Positions 13,135 through 27,180 of a DNA stretch of 64,000 nt are shown here, piece after piece. This DNA comes from Octopus vulgaris. Taxonomy: Eukaryota. The stretch is taken from positions 207,328,001 through 207,392,000 of the forward strand of contig OX597814.1 in assembly GCA_951406725.2 (NCBI GenBank). The letters are read 5' to 3'. Position 1 is the stretch's first letter; every line of letters begins with the position of its first letter. A model generated the notes under the pieces. It was not told the DNA's origin. It saw only the letters and a program-made list of their open reading frames with translations, and did not search any database. Position numbers and translations under genes: made by a program.

Positions 13135-15677
13135 AGTGTGTATATATGTATAATCAGTGGAATTTCCTCTGCGAATGCAAGCTATGTAATTTATACCTGA
13201 GATATAAAAATTAATACAAATAAATTGGAATTTTTAACATGTTTCATTTTTATGAGACTGCTTCAAAGAGAGCATGTACATGATATATGTACCCAGCTTC
13301 AATTATATGGTTTTTAAACACTACCTGAATTAGCAAGAATCATCCCAAAGACATATCCAACCCATGCCAGCATGGAAAAGGGACATTACAAGTAATGCAA
13401 ATTTAAATTTAAACTCTTTTATTACAATAAATCCTCAACTCTAAGGTAATTAATATCTTGAGTGCTATTGTTTTAAGGCATAAACATGCATTTAAAAATG
13501 TTTATGTTACATCAGGTACTGGTATAGCTTCCTTAAAGGTACTCAGATAAAATTATAGAAAGTGTTAAAATTTACAAATTATTAATTTCATTATATATGT
13601 AACCATTTTTAATTTTGCTATCAAATAATTCCTGTATTGGTTTGTATATTGCTTTGTTTAAAAGCTGTACTAAATTAAATGAATTAACTTTGCATAGCCA
13701 AGGTGCAGCTATTACTAGGTTTTAAGATATTTTATTGCAAAGTTGCTAATTGTAGAAGTTAAGATTTCTGGGCTTCCTTCATGTTATTGGATTATTTTGT
13801 TTGTCAGATATTGATTCCCCAGTCTCTTGTACTTTAATTCAGAATTATAAACGGGAAGGTTGAAATTTCGATTGAAAATTATTTCATACTGTGAGAAGGG
13901 CATTCAAGATTGAGTCCTTAGATGGGAGTGAACAATCATACTGAAATTGTTTCCTGTTGCTAAATCAAAGTTATAATAGAAACTTTTTTTTCTTTTTTTC
14001 ACACTATCTCTAAATGCAGCATTTAAGTATTTACATTACATTTCTAAGATTCATTCCAACTACAGCAGCTACTTTACACATATGGCTTCAGTTTGGAATC
14101 AGCTAGCAGCAACTCCGGCCATATCTAATTTTGTAACACTATATCTAAATTGTTTATTGAAGATTATTAGGCAAAAGTGTTCTTCTTATATAAACTTACT
14201 TGCAAACCTGCTTTTATGTCAAACTAGATATCATATATGATAAAATATTATTGAAGTGGTTATCAACAAATGAAAACACACAGTGAATATTTCTATATAA
14301 TTTAATTTAATTTAATTGTCAATATTATAAATGTAACAAGGTGGCAAGCTGGCAGAGTTGTTAACACACTGGACGAAATGCTTAGTGGCATTTTGTCTGT
14401 CCTTACATTCTGAGTTCAAATTCCACTAAGGTTGACTTTGCCTTTCATCCTTTCAGGGTTGATAAAATATGTACCAGTTGAGTACTGGGGTTGATAAAAT
14501 AAGTACCAGTTGAGTACTGGGGTCGATGTCATCGACTTACTCCCTACCCTAAAATTGCTGGCTTTGTGCCAAAATTTGAAATCAATATTGTAATTGTAAT
14601 TGTCTTCAATTTTCAGTCAAATGATTTGCTGGATTTTTTTTTTAATATCCTGTCATAAGTAACGCATTCATTATTGAATGAAAACTTTTTTGCTCAGGAA
14701 ATTTATATTTTGCACATACTCAATAACTGCATACATATATACATACATATATTTGTGGGTGTGTGTGTATGTAATTACACATATATAATTAGTTACTTTA
14801 TAGATATTTATATCAAATCACTTAATAAATGAAAATGTATGGGTGAGATACTAATCACTGAATTGATCTCTCTTATATTAAACCATTTTTAACTAAGAGC
14901 TTCATTCATTAGGTGTAAGGTATAAATCAGATTTTTTTTAACCAAAGAAAAATATATATACATATTGGTGCTTCCAAATAATGCAGATATACACCTAATT
15001 TACATGACCAGCTCACATAAAATCTTATTTCTTGATCTTCTTCACACAAAAATATGCTATTATTGTAGTTTATATGGTAATACAATTATTCACCATTAAA
15101 CACCAATTCCGTCAATAATTTTTTTTTTAGTCATAAATAGTTTTTGTTCCTATTTTATTTTTATACAAAGAACAGAAACCAAAGTTAATTATTACTCAAT
15201 ACAATATTTGAAGCTTTTAAAAAAAGAAAAAAAGGGGGAAAAAATCTTTTTATTTATTTATTTATTTATTTATTGTGTTTTCTATATACGACGTATTCAA
15301 ATTGTGTTGGTCATATGAAAAATCCGGATCTTTCAAATGTTAATATGGATACATAGATGCTGAATCTGCTGTGGCATATCTCTTTGTATTGATCATTCCT
15401 TTATATAAATAATAAAGTCTCTTTTTTTTTTTCTTCTTCCTCCTTTCGTTGTCTATCACTTGGTAATGTTACACTCGAATCATTTATAGGAAGATCTGCT
15501 AACTATGTCTAAACTGCTGCTCTACTGCTGCTGAATATAATCAGAGCGTTAGTGCTGATACAAAACTGCTGCTAATGCTACCTGGTTCCCGGTTCTAATC
15601 TGCTAATATGCTGAGCTTTTGCCATCTCTTACATTTTATTTTTCTAAGTCAGTGGAGTGACAAATGATACTCTTTAC

Positions 15678-15890
15678 TTTCTTTTACTCTTTTATTTGTT
15701 TCAGTTATTTGACTGCGGCCATGCTGGAGCACCGTCTTTAGTCGAGCAACTTGACCCCGGGACTTATTCTTTTGTAAGCCCAGTACTTATTCCATCGGTC
15801 TCTTTTGCCGAACCGCTAAGTAACGGGGACATAAACACACCAGCATCGGTTGTCAAGCAATGCTAGGGGGACAAACACACACACACACAC

Positions 15891-15940
<50 letters not shown>

Positions 15941-16101
15941 GACGGGCTTCTTTCAGTTTCCGTCTACCAAATCCACTCACAAGGCTTTGGTCGGCCCAAG
16001 GCTATAGTAGAAGACACTTGCCCAAGGTGCCACGCAGTGGGACTGAACCCAGAACCATGTGGTTGGTAAACAAGCTACTTACCACACAGCCACTCCTGCA
16101 C
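15678..16101 (-). mobile_element. SINE family B with internal (TA)/(CA) microsatellite
   Basis: Near-identical to 37478-37898 (-) and 40855-41370 (+). Confidence 0.9.
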
Positions 16102-16326
16102 CTGATAGTGTATTAAATTTAACAAACTTAATACTTAAAAGTATTTAGCTTCTTCCTGCAAGGGATTAGCTGTTCCCTGTCATTCTCTCTACATGGTCAA
16201 TCAGTTATATAATCCATGAAATAGGTATGGTTTAATTTAAATGTGAACTTAAGCAATATGGATCATATTGGTAAATGTTGGCCTGTGATCAAATGCTCTC
16301 TAACCATAGAAGCCCTATCTTTTTAA

Positions 16327-16546
16327 CCCTTTAGTGTTTAAACCGGCCATATCAGGCCAAAATTGTCTTCCTGTTTTATTCTCAAACCAGCCAGCTCTGA
16401 CCTCTCACACCTACTCTACAAAGTCATTCTAAAAATAAACTGGGACATCGTCAAAATCTCAGAGTTACAAGATGCTGAACAATTAATTTAGAATAATGTA
16501 ATTAAACAGGCTTTACATTTGACAGAGTAATCTGAATGCTAAAGGG
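16327..16546. mobile_element. piggyBac-type MITE, family 1
   Basis: TTAA-CCCTTTAG...CTAAAGGG-TTAA; relatives at 42610-42831 and ~54838-54980. Confidence 0.85.
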
Positions 16547-17342
16547 TTAAGATGGCTATGTGTGATTTAAGTGCAATTTGGTTGCTGTTTCTAGCAAACC
16601 ATGTGATCACATATAAGGTTCTTTCGTTAGTTTGTATATTGAGTAAAGTTTATATATCATTTATTAAACTAATTCCAGTTTATAACAATGTACATAAGCT
16701 TGGGAGGAACAGGTCTGCTTGATTTATGCACATCAACAAAGAAGTTGGCTATCTGCTCCACCATCCACTTATTACCAAAATGCTAAAACTTAAGAAGTAA
16801 TATCAAAATATTGGCTAGCAAACTCTATTTCCGAAGCTGATATAGAGTAGAATGAAACAATTACAGTTAGTAGTTTTTCAAAGAGTCCCCAAGAATACAT
16901 TCTTTCGTTCAGTCTTAAATTAAGAAGCAGCCCCATTTCTGCCAATGGAATGAGACAACTTGATGCAGCTGTTTGAATACTGATGCTTTGGCACTAGAGG
17001 CAAATACACACATGCATGCATATGCAGAAATATACACATAGAGTAAGAAAGAGAGAAAGACATTACATATATATATATACATATATATTTAACAATTAAG
17101 GATAAAATCTTAATAAGAAATCTTAACAAGAAATTATCAGGTAGTTAGCATGAAAAACCTCATAAGAGAAAAAATCTGAAAAGTTTTTCACTTGAAAATA
17201 TTTATTTATATTATATAGAGGGCATTATTACACATAAATAAATGCCACACGCTATGAGGGACTTTCAAAGTCATTACTACCAAAAATAAACGAATCGTAC
17301 CGAATGCAGCTCTCGAAGCAAGACATTTAAAAACAGAATTTA

Positions 17343-17406
17343 GTTCCAGATCACCTGTGATTTCGCAATTAACGTATTATCTACATCTTTTGTTCATCAG
17401 TGAAAC
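17343..17406 (-). ncRNA. Type I hammerhead-ribozyme-like motif (Penelope/retrozyme-type)
   Basis: gtttca-CTGATGA-stem II-GAAA-tcac.ag.gtga-TC-tggaac on the minus strand. Confidence 0.75.
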
Positions 17407-17773
17407 ATATTCAAAACATATCAAAAATAAACAAAATCGACATATATATATATATAAACCTAACTAGATGTTTGTTCGCATGAACAGAGAGAGAGAGGCA
17501 GAGAACAAGAGGAACATTAAAATGTCTCACCCCAAGTCTGCATTAAATCAACAGTGGTAAACGTCTGTGCCTAAACATCTCATATCATTCTGCCAATCCT
17601 TTCATCATTACAAAGTGGACTCAAAAACATGACTTTTTACATAACAGGTGCTAGCAATATCACAGTCATCTTATCATTTCTCAGATGCTGCTCTACAATT
17701 TCAATTTTACAACAACCACGTAAAAACTTACAAAAAACAAATAACACTAAAAGGTAGCTCCTATTATGATATA

Positions 17774-18168
17774 CTAGCAGTATCGCCTGATGTTGCTCGG
17801 GTTTGTTTCGACCCTTTAGAATTGGAATTTTTGAAAAGTAAAAATTTTGCATTATGTAGCTTGTTATTCTCTTTAAGTGAACATTTTTCTGGTTGAAATA
17901 CACCGAAAAATGGCGACACAGCAGTAAAAAAAATCGTAAAAAATAGGGATTTTCATAGAAAAAAAAAGCACCGTTTTGATGTAAATAATTTTTGGTGTTA
18001 ACATGGTCCGATTTGAATTTTTTCTTCTACGGAAGGAAGAGCAAGCCTTCTTCTATCATACTCTCAATTTTGGTCAACTTGCGCCGCAATGTCTCAAAGG
18101 AGATAGTGTTAGTTGAAGGCTACCAAACCTGCCATACACAGACAACTTCAGCTTTATATAGAGAGAGA
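17774..18168 (-). mobile_element. Non-autonomous Helitron
   Basis: 5' TC, 3' hairpin plus CTAG, inserted at A|T; termini shared with 50811-51197. Confidence 0.8.
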
Positions 18169-18626
18169 TAACACTATCTCCTTTCTTACATCAAATACAA
18201 CCAATTTTCCCACTTAATATATGTTCAAAAGACATGCTAGTAACTACCTACATGCTTCTACAGCATGTCCTAAAACTATTTTAGAATGGCAATGACATAT
18301 TTTACAGGTGTTACATTCAATTAACTCAAAACAATACATTTGATCCTACTTGGATTATGCTAACCTTACCTGGTACCTTAATTTCTCCACTTAGAAAATA
18401 TACATTAATTTATGTTTGTACCAACACACTACACTTAAAACAGTGAAACCAAAATGACAGATTACCTAGTCATAGAAAAAGTATAGTTTGTTGCCACAAC
18501 AAATTTCTATCCCCGAAAGTCCTTCCTACATGTTCCGTGATCTTCAGTTGCCCAGGTACATCTACAACATCCCCCAGACTTGTGTACTTCTCCCTTAATC
18601 CTGACAAGCACATGCACTCAACTAGT

Positions 18627-18995
18627 GGATGGAAGCAATCCGTCGGTTACGACGAGGGTTCCGGTTGATACGATCAACGGAACAGCCTGCTCGTGAAATT
18701 AACGTGTAAGTGGCTGAGCACTCCACAGACATGTACCCTTAATGTAGTTCTCGAGGATATTCAGCATGACACAGAGAGTGACAAGGCTGGCCCTTTGAAA
18801 TACAGGTACAACAGAAACAGGAAGTAAGAGTGAGAGGAAGTTGTGGTGAAAGAGTACAGCAGGGATCACCACCATCCCCTGCCGGAGCCTCGTGGAGCTT
18901 TAGGTATTTTTCGCTCAATAAACACTCACAACACCCGGTCTGGGAATCGAAACCGCGAGTCCGCTGCCCTAACCACTGGGCCATTGCGCCTCCAC
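18627..18995 (-). mobile_element. tRNA-derived SINE, family C
   Basis: TSD gcactcaactagt. Confidence 0.85.
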
Positions 18996-19407
18996 GCACT
19001 CAACTAGTATTATCATGATCAATAACTGCGATAGCTCCAAACATTGCTGAGATACACAATATCTGTGATGAGTGCAGAAAACCAATAACTATTACACTCT
19101 AAGTTCACCTTGTACTACTTCCACTGTGACTGCTACTAGAACCTACATGAACAGACTAGTTAGTGGCAGATGTGGAGCATATCGTTCTGCACTTTATATG
19201 ATAAACTACAGTACATCAGCACGTAGTAATATCTTCAACAGCCTGGAGGAATGATATAACCCAGTCATTTGACCCATTTCTTGTATGCAAGACCATGAAT
19301 TGGAGCTGTCGCAACAACAAACATACAGGGATGAGCTAATGCAGTCACTTGGTCTGCTTAGGAATAACACCTAAGTCACCCTCAAATCTCACCCCACTTT
19401 TTTAGAT

Positions 19408-19868
19408 ATCATCATCATCATTTAACGTCCGCTTTCCATGCTAGCATGGGTTGGACGGTTCAACTGGGGTCTGGCAAGCTCGAAGGCTGCACCAGGCCAG
19501 TCAGATCTGGCAGTGTTTCTACAGCTGGATGCCCTTCCTAATGCCAACCACTCCGAGAGTGTAGTGGGTGATTTTATGTGCCACCGACACAGGTGCCAGA
19601 CGAGGCTGGCAGACGGCCACGCTCGGATGGTGTTTTTATGTGCCACCGACACAGGTGCCAGACGAGGCTGGCAGACAGCCACGCTCGGATGGTGTTTTTA
19701 TGTGCCACCGACACAGGTGCCAGACGAGGCTGGCAGACGGCCACGCTCGGATGGTGTTTTCTTATGTGCCACCGACACAGGTGCCAGACGAGGCTGGCGA
19801 ACGGCCACGCTCGGATGTTGTTTGTTACGCGCCCACAGCACAGAGGCCAGTCGATGCGGTACTGGCCA
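19408..19868 (-). mobile_element. 5'-truncated RTE LINE 3' end with ~61-bp tandem units
   Basis: Matches the 3'UTR at 61244-61860; (GAT)n tail; similar tails near 20073, 23815, 27200, 29997, 40505, 45085, 47538, 52525 and 59360. Confidence 0.85.
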
Positions 19869-21025
19869 ATATAATCCAATAAAAGTAGAAAATGTTTGCA
19901 GATGAAATATGTTCACTCATACGCCCACTCAAGAATATTCCATGGAAAGCCAAAGACAAAATTGGTCTAAATCAGATTCTGAACTCAAAAGAGTGAGGTT
20001 TCTAAACAGTTAAAATCTTAACTTATTTACCTATTCAAACAACTTAAAGTAACTTCATACAACAATAATATTATCATCATCATCATCATCATCGTTTAAT
20101 GTCCGCTTTCCATGCTAGCATGGGCTGGATGGTTCAACTGGGGTCTGGGAAACCAGAAGGCTGCACCAGGCTCCAGTCTGATCTGGCAGTGTTTCTACAG
20201 CTGGATACCCTTCCTAACGCCAACCACTCCGTGAGTGTAGTGGGTGCTTTTTACGTGCCACCAGCACAGGTGCCAGACGAGGCTGGCTATATATCCAGTA
20301 TAATCCAATTGACTAGTTTGCAGTCTGTGTCAGCAGTGCTAATCTGGTAGAAGGTCTTGAAATGAAAACAAAAATGCATCATAAAGTTTTTAGCTTCCTA
20401 CTTTAAAGAAAGAAATGAAGAGTGAACTTGATAATTCAGACAATGATTCTTCATCAAGAAGGGAGAAATTTTTCTTAAAACTTCGACAGCAGAAAATTTA
20501 AATTAAAAAAGATACAGGAAAGCAAACAACAAAATATTCTTAGTTTCTGTACATAGGCAGGGGCATAAAGCTCACTTTGCACATAAGTGATCTCAGGTTC
20601 AATCCCCCTGTACAGCACCTTGGGCAAATGTTTCCTTCTATAGCTCCAGTCCAATTAATCTCTTGTGAATTTGGGATCTTTTCACTTTGACCGGCAGATT
20701 TAAAAAATAATTTCTTTGTAACTAAACACTTTTAAACTTCGTATACTGGTAGAATGTGTTACAAAAAACATCTTTTTCTCTTGGCTTTCTTGAGAAAATT
20801 CTGTAGTTTGTAAACTATTTGTTGTTAAATTTCTCACATTTCGGCAACTTCAACCCATCAATGACAAAGACAGAGATTGTGTCGAAGCCCCTCATATATG
20901 TGGGTGTATTTCCCCCATCACCACTTGACAACTGGTGTTAGTTTGTTGGTATCCCTGTAATTTAGTTGTTTGAGAAAAAGGGACCAATAGAATTAAGTGT
21001 CAGACTTTAAAAAGAAAGAAATACC

Positions 21026-21426
21026 TATTTCTTTACTACCCACAAGGGACTACACACAGAGAGGACAAACGAATTAAGTCGATTATATCGACCCCAGTGC
21101 GTAACTGGTACTTATTTAATCGACCCCGAAAGGATGAAAGGCAAAGTTGACCTCGGCGGAATTTGAAATCAGAACGTAGCGGCAGACAAAATACCTATTT
21201 CTTTACTACCCACAAGGGGCTAAACACAGAGGGGACAAACAAGGACAGACACACGGATTAAGTCGATTATATCGACCCCAGTGCGTAACTGGTACTTATT
21301 TAATCGACCCCGAAAGGATGAAAGGCAAAGCCGAGCTAGACGGAATTTGAACTCAGAACGTAGCGGCAGACGAAATACTGCTAAGCATTTCGCCCGGCGT
21401 GCTAACGTTTCGGCCAGCTCGCCGCC
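21026..21426 (-). mobile_element. Tandem dimer of SINE family A
   Basis: Two head-to-tail units inside one TSD (ctttaaaa(a)gaaagaaatacc). Confidence 0.85.
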
Positions 21427-21489
21427 TTTAAAAGAAAGAAATACCAGGACCGATTTGTTCAAGGTGGCGATTTGTTCAGGACCTTCAAG

Positions 21490-22180
21490 GTGGCGCCCAT
21501 GCAACACTGCACACACACGCGCGTTTCTCCCGCCTTTCTCTCTGCTTTCTCGTTGAAAGGCCTATATCCAAACCATTAAACTCGTATTAATTTAGATCAA
21601 AATTACTGATAACTACTTTATATTTTGTTACTTTTCTTTCTGAGGTTTTCCCCCGTAAGCTATACATGTGTAACGTGAAATTTGCAGGGGAAAAGAAAAA
21701 AAGGGCTGCGAAACGCTCGTATTTTCTCTAAGACCATTAGACACATAAATAAAGTGAAACCATCGCAGCAAGAAAACGAAAAGATTATCAAAACGTCATT
21801 AAAGGGAATGTGTGCGATGAAAATGGAAGCATTATATATTTATGGCTCACTGAAACTAATAATGTAAGGGAGTTAACTCTGATCGCCTAAGAATACAGAA
21901 AGATTTATCAACTATAATCCGCATCATTTGCTGTGGAAGCTGCGATTATTTTCTTCTGTTGCTCTTTTTGTTGCTGTTGTTCTTGTTCTTATAATCGGTT
22001 GTATGAGATCACAAATATAGATTAATTACTGAAGCGTAGTCTTGTAACATAGCGAATTTCGAGTAAGCTCTATATGGAAGTAATTCCATCTGGGATTACT
22101 TATTATGCAGCTACACATGCGGATATCCAAGAAAACGCATCCAGCCGATTGGCCTTGTAAGAACTACTTTTTATCCAATC
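21490..22180. promoter_or_regulatory. Putative promoter / first-exon region
   Basis: Non-repeat stretch with retained CpGs, a pyrimidine tract near 21525-21550, a GTAAGC donor-like site at 21655 and CCAAT/ATTGG boxes near 22148 and 22175. Confidence 0.35.
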
Positions 22181-22835
22181 CTTAGAACCTCAAACCTCTG
22201 AAATTCACCTCATCTTAACATTTTTGCAACAGAATACAACTTAGAAATATTCGTTTCAAATGTTGGCACAGAGCCAGCAATTTCGGAGGAGGTGGAGGCC
22301 AAGTCAATTACATCGACACCAGTACTCAACCGGTACTTATTTTATCAGTCCCGAAAGGATGAAAGGCAAAGCTGACCTTGGTGGAAGTTGAACTCAGAAT
22401 GTAAAGACGGACGATATGCCGCTAAGCATTTTTGCCCAGTGTACTAACGATACCGCCAACTTGCAACCTTATCAACTTAGAAATATTGGTTTCAGATTTT
22501 GGCACAAGGCCAGCAAGTTCAAGGGAAGGGATAAGTTGATCACATCGACCCCAGAGCTCAACTGGTACTTATTTTATCGACTCCAAAAGGATGAAAGGCA
22601 AAGTTGACCTCAGTGGTATTTAAACTCAGAACATAACGACGAACATAATGCTTAGCAGCATTTTGTCCAACATGTCAAGGATTTTGTCAGCTCGCTGCCT
22701 TAGATCAACTTCGAAATATTAACACAGAACGCTAGTTGAAAACAGCCCAAAAAGATTACAAGAGAACTTTTTCTCTCTCATTCAACCATTAGAAATGTAA
22801 AGTGTAATTCTTTTTAAGGGTTGCTGTTTGTTATA

Positions 22836-23063
22836 CAGTAATCCCTTGCCACATCTATCATGGTTCACCTATAGCGGTTTATTATATAAGCTTATGTAGG
22901 TTCCTCCATGATGTTGTTTTGCTTTTATAATAAAATAAATACATACAAATTATTAAAATAATTTTTTAAATATATACGGTACTGTACTGTTTCTACCTAA
23001 CAGATTTTCACCTATCGCAGAGAGGTTTGGAATGTAACACCCGCGATACTCGAGGGATTACTG
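22836..23063. mobile_element. pogo/Tigger-type MITE
   Basis: TA-CAGTAATCCCT...AGGGATTACTG-TA. Confidence 0.75.
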
Positions 23064-23121
23064 TATATCAAATGGATTTTACATTCTTCATGACTGCAAC
23101 ATAATACCATTGTTCCAATAT

Positions 23122-23805
23122 TTAGCTTGATACTCGGCTGGTGGTCAAAAATAAGGTAACGGATGACTCGTCCAAGAAAATAGCATTCTTCCACTGCTCT
23201 AGGGACCAATTCTGTAGGTTTTTACTCCAATCTAAATGCTTTGCAACATTTGTTTTTGGAAGTAGTGGTTTTATAATTGCAGCCCTCCCATGAAATCTGG
23301 CTTTGTGCAGCTCCTGGCAAACAGTTTTTGTGGAAACTGGGTTCTTGAGGTGGTCATTAAGCGCTGCAGTAATTTTGGGAGCTGTCTTTTTCTGATCCTT
23401 TCTAACAATTCGCGTATGAGTCCAACAGTCCCTATCTGAAAGTTTTGGTTTTCTCCTGGAGTTTTGTTTCAACGAGGAGGTTTTTCCCTCTTTCTCAAAG
23501 GCTGTCATTACTTTCAAGAAAGTACTTCTTGATACACCAAACATTTCAGCTGTTTTTGTTCCTCTAGCACCTGCCATACAAGCACCAACAATTTGACCTC
23601 TTTGAAAGTCTGACAGATCTGTCATTTTAATTAATTACCTTTTTCTGATGATATCTCAAAAGAAACAGCAAATTTAGCAAAACATGCTAAGCAACACTAA
23701 TAATAAATTAAAAAACATTAAAATAAACAAGCTTTTGATGGTTTTATAGATATTTCAAAATTATGATGCTATGATGCTAGGTGTTTCCATTTTGTCCAAC
23801 CACTG
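23122..23805 (-). mobile_element. Tc1 transposon 5' half (truncated transposase, HTH to first Asp)
   Basis: ORF MTDLSDFQRGQIVG..FGVSRST..IFLDES; TIR CAGTGGTTGGACAAAATGGAAACAC; second copy at 39923-40488. Confidence 0.9.
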
Positions 23806-24083
23806 TATATCATTATTATCATCATTTAACATCCGCATTCCACGCTGCCATGGGTTGGACGGTTTCACTGAGGACTGGTAAGCCAGAAGGCTGCACCAGG
23901 CTCTAATCTGATCTGGCAAGGATTCTACAGCTGGATGACCTTCCTAAACCCAACCACTCTGAGAGTATAGTGGGTGCTTTTTACATGCTACCAGCACGAG
24001 GGCCAGTGAGGCAGTATTGGCATCGACCACACTTGAATGCTGCTTTTTATGTTCCACTGGCACAGGAGCCAGTCATGTGGTAC

Positions 24084-24136
<53 letters not shown>

Positions 24137-24201
24137 GATATATGTGTGTGTATATGTATAGATATATAGATATATATATATGTGTATATATATATATATA
24201 T

Positions 24202-24590
24202 ATTGGGTCATTCCATAAATAATGTGTTTTTTTATACTTCTTTTTTTTCAAAATTAAGATAAATAAAGTTCTTTTTTGATTTAAAATATACTCTCCTTTT
24301 TCTACAATGCTCTTCCATCTATCTGGTAGGCTTGCAAGGCCCTCTTCCAAAATTTACTTGTCCATGATGAAAAACACTCCTCCAGTACTGTTCTGACCTT
24401 ATCTACAGTATTCATATTTTTTCCATCCAAATGATTTTGAAGACTGCAGAATAAATGATAACCAGATGGGGCAATGTCCTATGAATATGGTAGGAGGGGC
24501 ATCATTTCCCATTCAAACTGCTCCAGCCTTTGGAATGTCATTCTCGCTGTATGTGGCTGAGCATTATCCTGATGAAAAAACACCTTTCAT
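24202..24590 (-). mobile_element. mariner transposon 3' fragment
   Basis: HQDNAQPH and PYS.DIAPS.YHLF motifs on the minus strand; terminus abuts (TA)n. Confidence 0.8.
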
Positions 24591-25966
24591 CTTAAAATGT
24601 TGGTGAGAGACATGATGGTGGTGACGAAGATGGAGGTCGCTGTAATGTGGTCAATGGTTAAACCTTAGAATGTCTGGAACCAACAGACCTCGAGACTAGG
24701 AGGAGGTGAGTTTTGGTAGCCAACAGTAGGCTCAAACGGAGTTTAGTACAGACAGTAAGAGACAAATTGCGCCAATACCAACCAATCAGAGTGGTGGACA
24801 CAACGGGGTCCAAAACAGCACCCAAAGATTACGTTTGTATGTATATGTAATAGAGAGAGGAAGTTCACTAGAGTTCACTACATAGCTTTGAAGAAATAGC
24901 TGTTAAAATAGAACTGCATTCTTCAAAACTCGTACTAAGAATAAGGACAAGGTAAAACTATTACCTGCTTTTATAGTAAGTTGAAGCAGGTAGTTTATCC
25001 TATCCTCCTCCAACTTTTAGTTCATGTGATTTTAAAAACTACATTATTTATGGGATGACCAAATATATTATAATACTTTTTAAAAGTTGATGTGTCATAG
25101 AGGTTTTAGTGACTTATTTAACATGTGTATGCATGTGTGTGTATGTATGTGTATGTGTGTATGTATGTATGTATGTATGTATGTATGTATGTATGTATGT
25201 ATGTATGTATGTATATAACTAACTGACACTGTCAGTTCCAATCAATCAGATCAATGAAACAGCCTGCTTACAGAATTAACATGCAAGTGGCTGAGCACGC
25301 GACAGACAGATGTACTCTTAACATAGTTCTCAAGAAGATTCTTCGTAACACACCTAATGTGACAAGGCTGACCCTTTGAATTGCAAACACTATTCATTTT
25401 TGCCAGCTAAGTGGAGTGGAACAATGTAAAATAAAGTGTCTTGCTCAAGCACACAATACACCACCAAGTGTTGAATTTACAACCTTATGATTGTAAGCCA
25501 AATACCCCTAACCACTGAGCCACACGCACACACACACACACACATGTACGTAGGTTTGGTGTAACCATTAGCTGCCTAGGTTAAAGGCTTGTTGGATACA
25601 TTACGTACCCTTGAAAACTACAGTTTTATACAAATCATTTCTTCTCAGAACAAAATCAAAGTAAAATATTATATTTCATTGTTCTTAATAGTTCATAGTT
25701 CATTGTAAGTTCATAACAAGTTCATTGATTTCAACACGAACAATATTGTTAAACTCAATTCAGTTTGGATGACAACAATCGGATATATTTTTATTTCAGT
25801 TTTCTCGTGTGCTGTGGCCGATAAAACTTGCAGGAAATTAAGTAAGAATAACATTTGTGGTCAACTTTGCAACACTTGATGATTTTAGCCAGACTTCTTG
25901 GAATGGAGAAAAGCTTGTCACTTCATGGCCCAACTGAAAAATTCTTTTCAGTTTATAAAGTATCTA

Positions 25967-26479
25967 CCATAAATCCTCGAGTATAGTCCGCCCTTGTGTA
26001 TAATACGCAGGGGATTTTTAGGGGGCTGTACCTTTGAAAAACCTAAACCTTGTGTATAATACGCACCCCTTCTCTAACTTGAGTCAAGGAGGTCTATATA
26101 ACGTCCTTGGTTTGTAAAAATGTGTACGATAACATCCTTTATTGTTATTGTATACATAACATAATGCAAACGTATAGCTTTTTTGTGCATTTTGTTTGCA
26201 GAAAATAAAGAAATAACAGTAATAACGTTTAATAAATGTTGCTTACTGCAAGTTATGGATGATTCTTTTATGATTTCATTGCTTTCAGGCTTAGCTTAAG
26301 GTATTTTTTGCGTCCGGCATCACAAAATACGTTTGAATAAACATTGCCGGGCTGCAAATAGAAACTCGGACATTGCTTAGAAAATAATTTTCTTTTTAAA
26401 CCTCGTGTATAGTATGCACTAGGGATTTTGACCTTTAAATTTTGGGTAAAAAATGCGGATTATACTTGAGGATTTACGG
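25967..26479. mobile_element. MITE with CCGTA-type TIRs
   Basis: ccataaatcctcgagtatagtccgc ... gcggattatacttgaggatttacgg. Confidence 0.75.
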
Positions 26480-26554
26480 TGATCATTTTTTATACACCTT
26501 AATGTGAGTGAACATTTTCTATAAAGTTATAGAGTCAGAAACACTGATTCATTA

Positions 26555-27180
26555 TATCAGACGTAATACCTAAAATGAGCTACACACAGGATGTTAGTTA
26601 TATTGAACAAAAGACAATGATTAGCCAATGATGTAATCAAGCAATTACATAAAGATACATATGAACCAGAAGTTATCATAACAAAAGATGCTTGGGTCAT
26701 TTGTTCAAATAAAAGAAAACTACAGGTGTCTTTTATAACAGAAGCTCTTCTTGGATAACTTGACCAAACCACATTATGAATTGAGAATCTACGTGGTCAA
26801 AGATATAATAATGAGAGTAATAGGAAAGACAAAGAAAATGGAATACAAAAGAGGAGAGAGTCCTGAACATGTCTTTTGAGTTGATAAATATACTTTTTTA
26901 AATTTGGTTGTCAATGATAGTGACAGGTGTTATTTTGAAGCAGTTAATCTCTTCATTTTGGTCAACAGATCTATAATTATTCCTTTTAATCGATTTAATG
27001 GTGACAAATTATAACAATGGATAACTGAAGCATAACTGTTAAAATATTGAGTAAAACGAGATGAAAGAATTGGATTGATGCTTTGGAACCATCAAGATAT
27101 CATCCTGGTAATATATAAATGACGCTTTCATAAAGATCTTTGATGACACAAGCCTAAAAGGTTCATTTGAAAATACTTCT
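26555..27180 (+). mobile_element. Degenerate hAT transposase fragment
   Basis: Remnant LRGQ.YN and LNLVVND motifs among stops and frameshifts. Confidence 0.5.

Noticed and set aside
17525-17610. C/D snoRNA-like motif on the minus strand (ATGATGA...GTGA)
   Set aside because: No canonical CTGA D box and no convincing antisense guide
19560-19820. CRISPR-like periodic repeats (also 61410-61812)
   Set aside because: Contiguous tandem units with no unique spacers; part of the RTE 3'UTR in a eukaryotic locus
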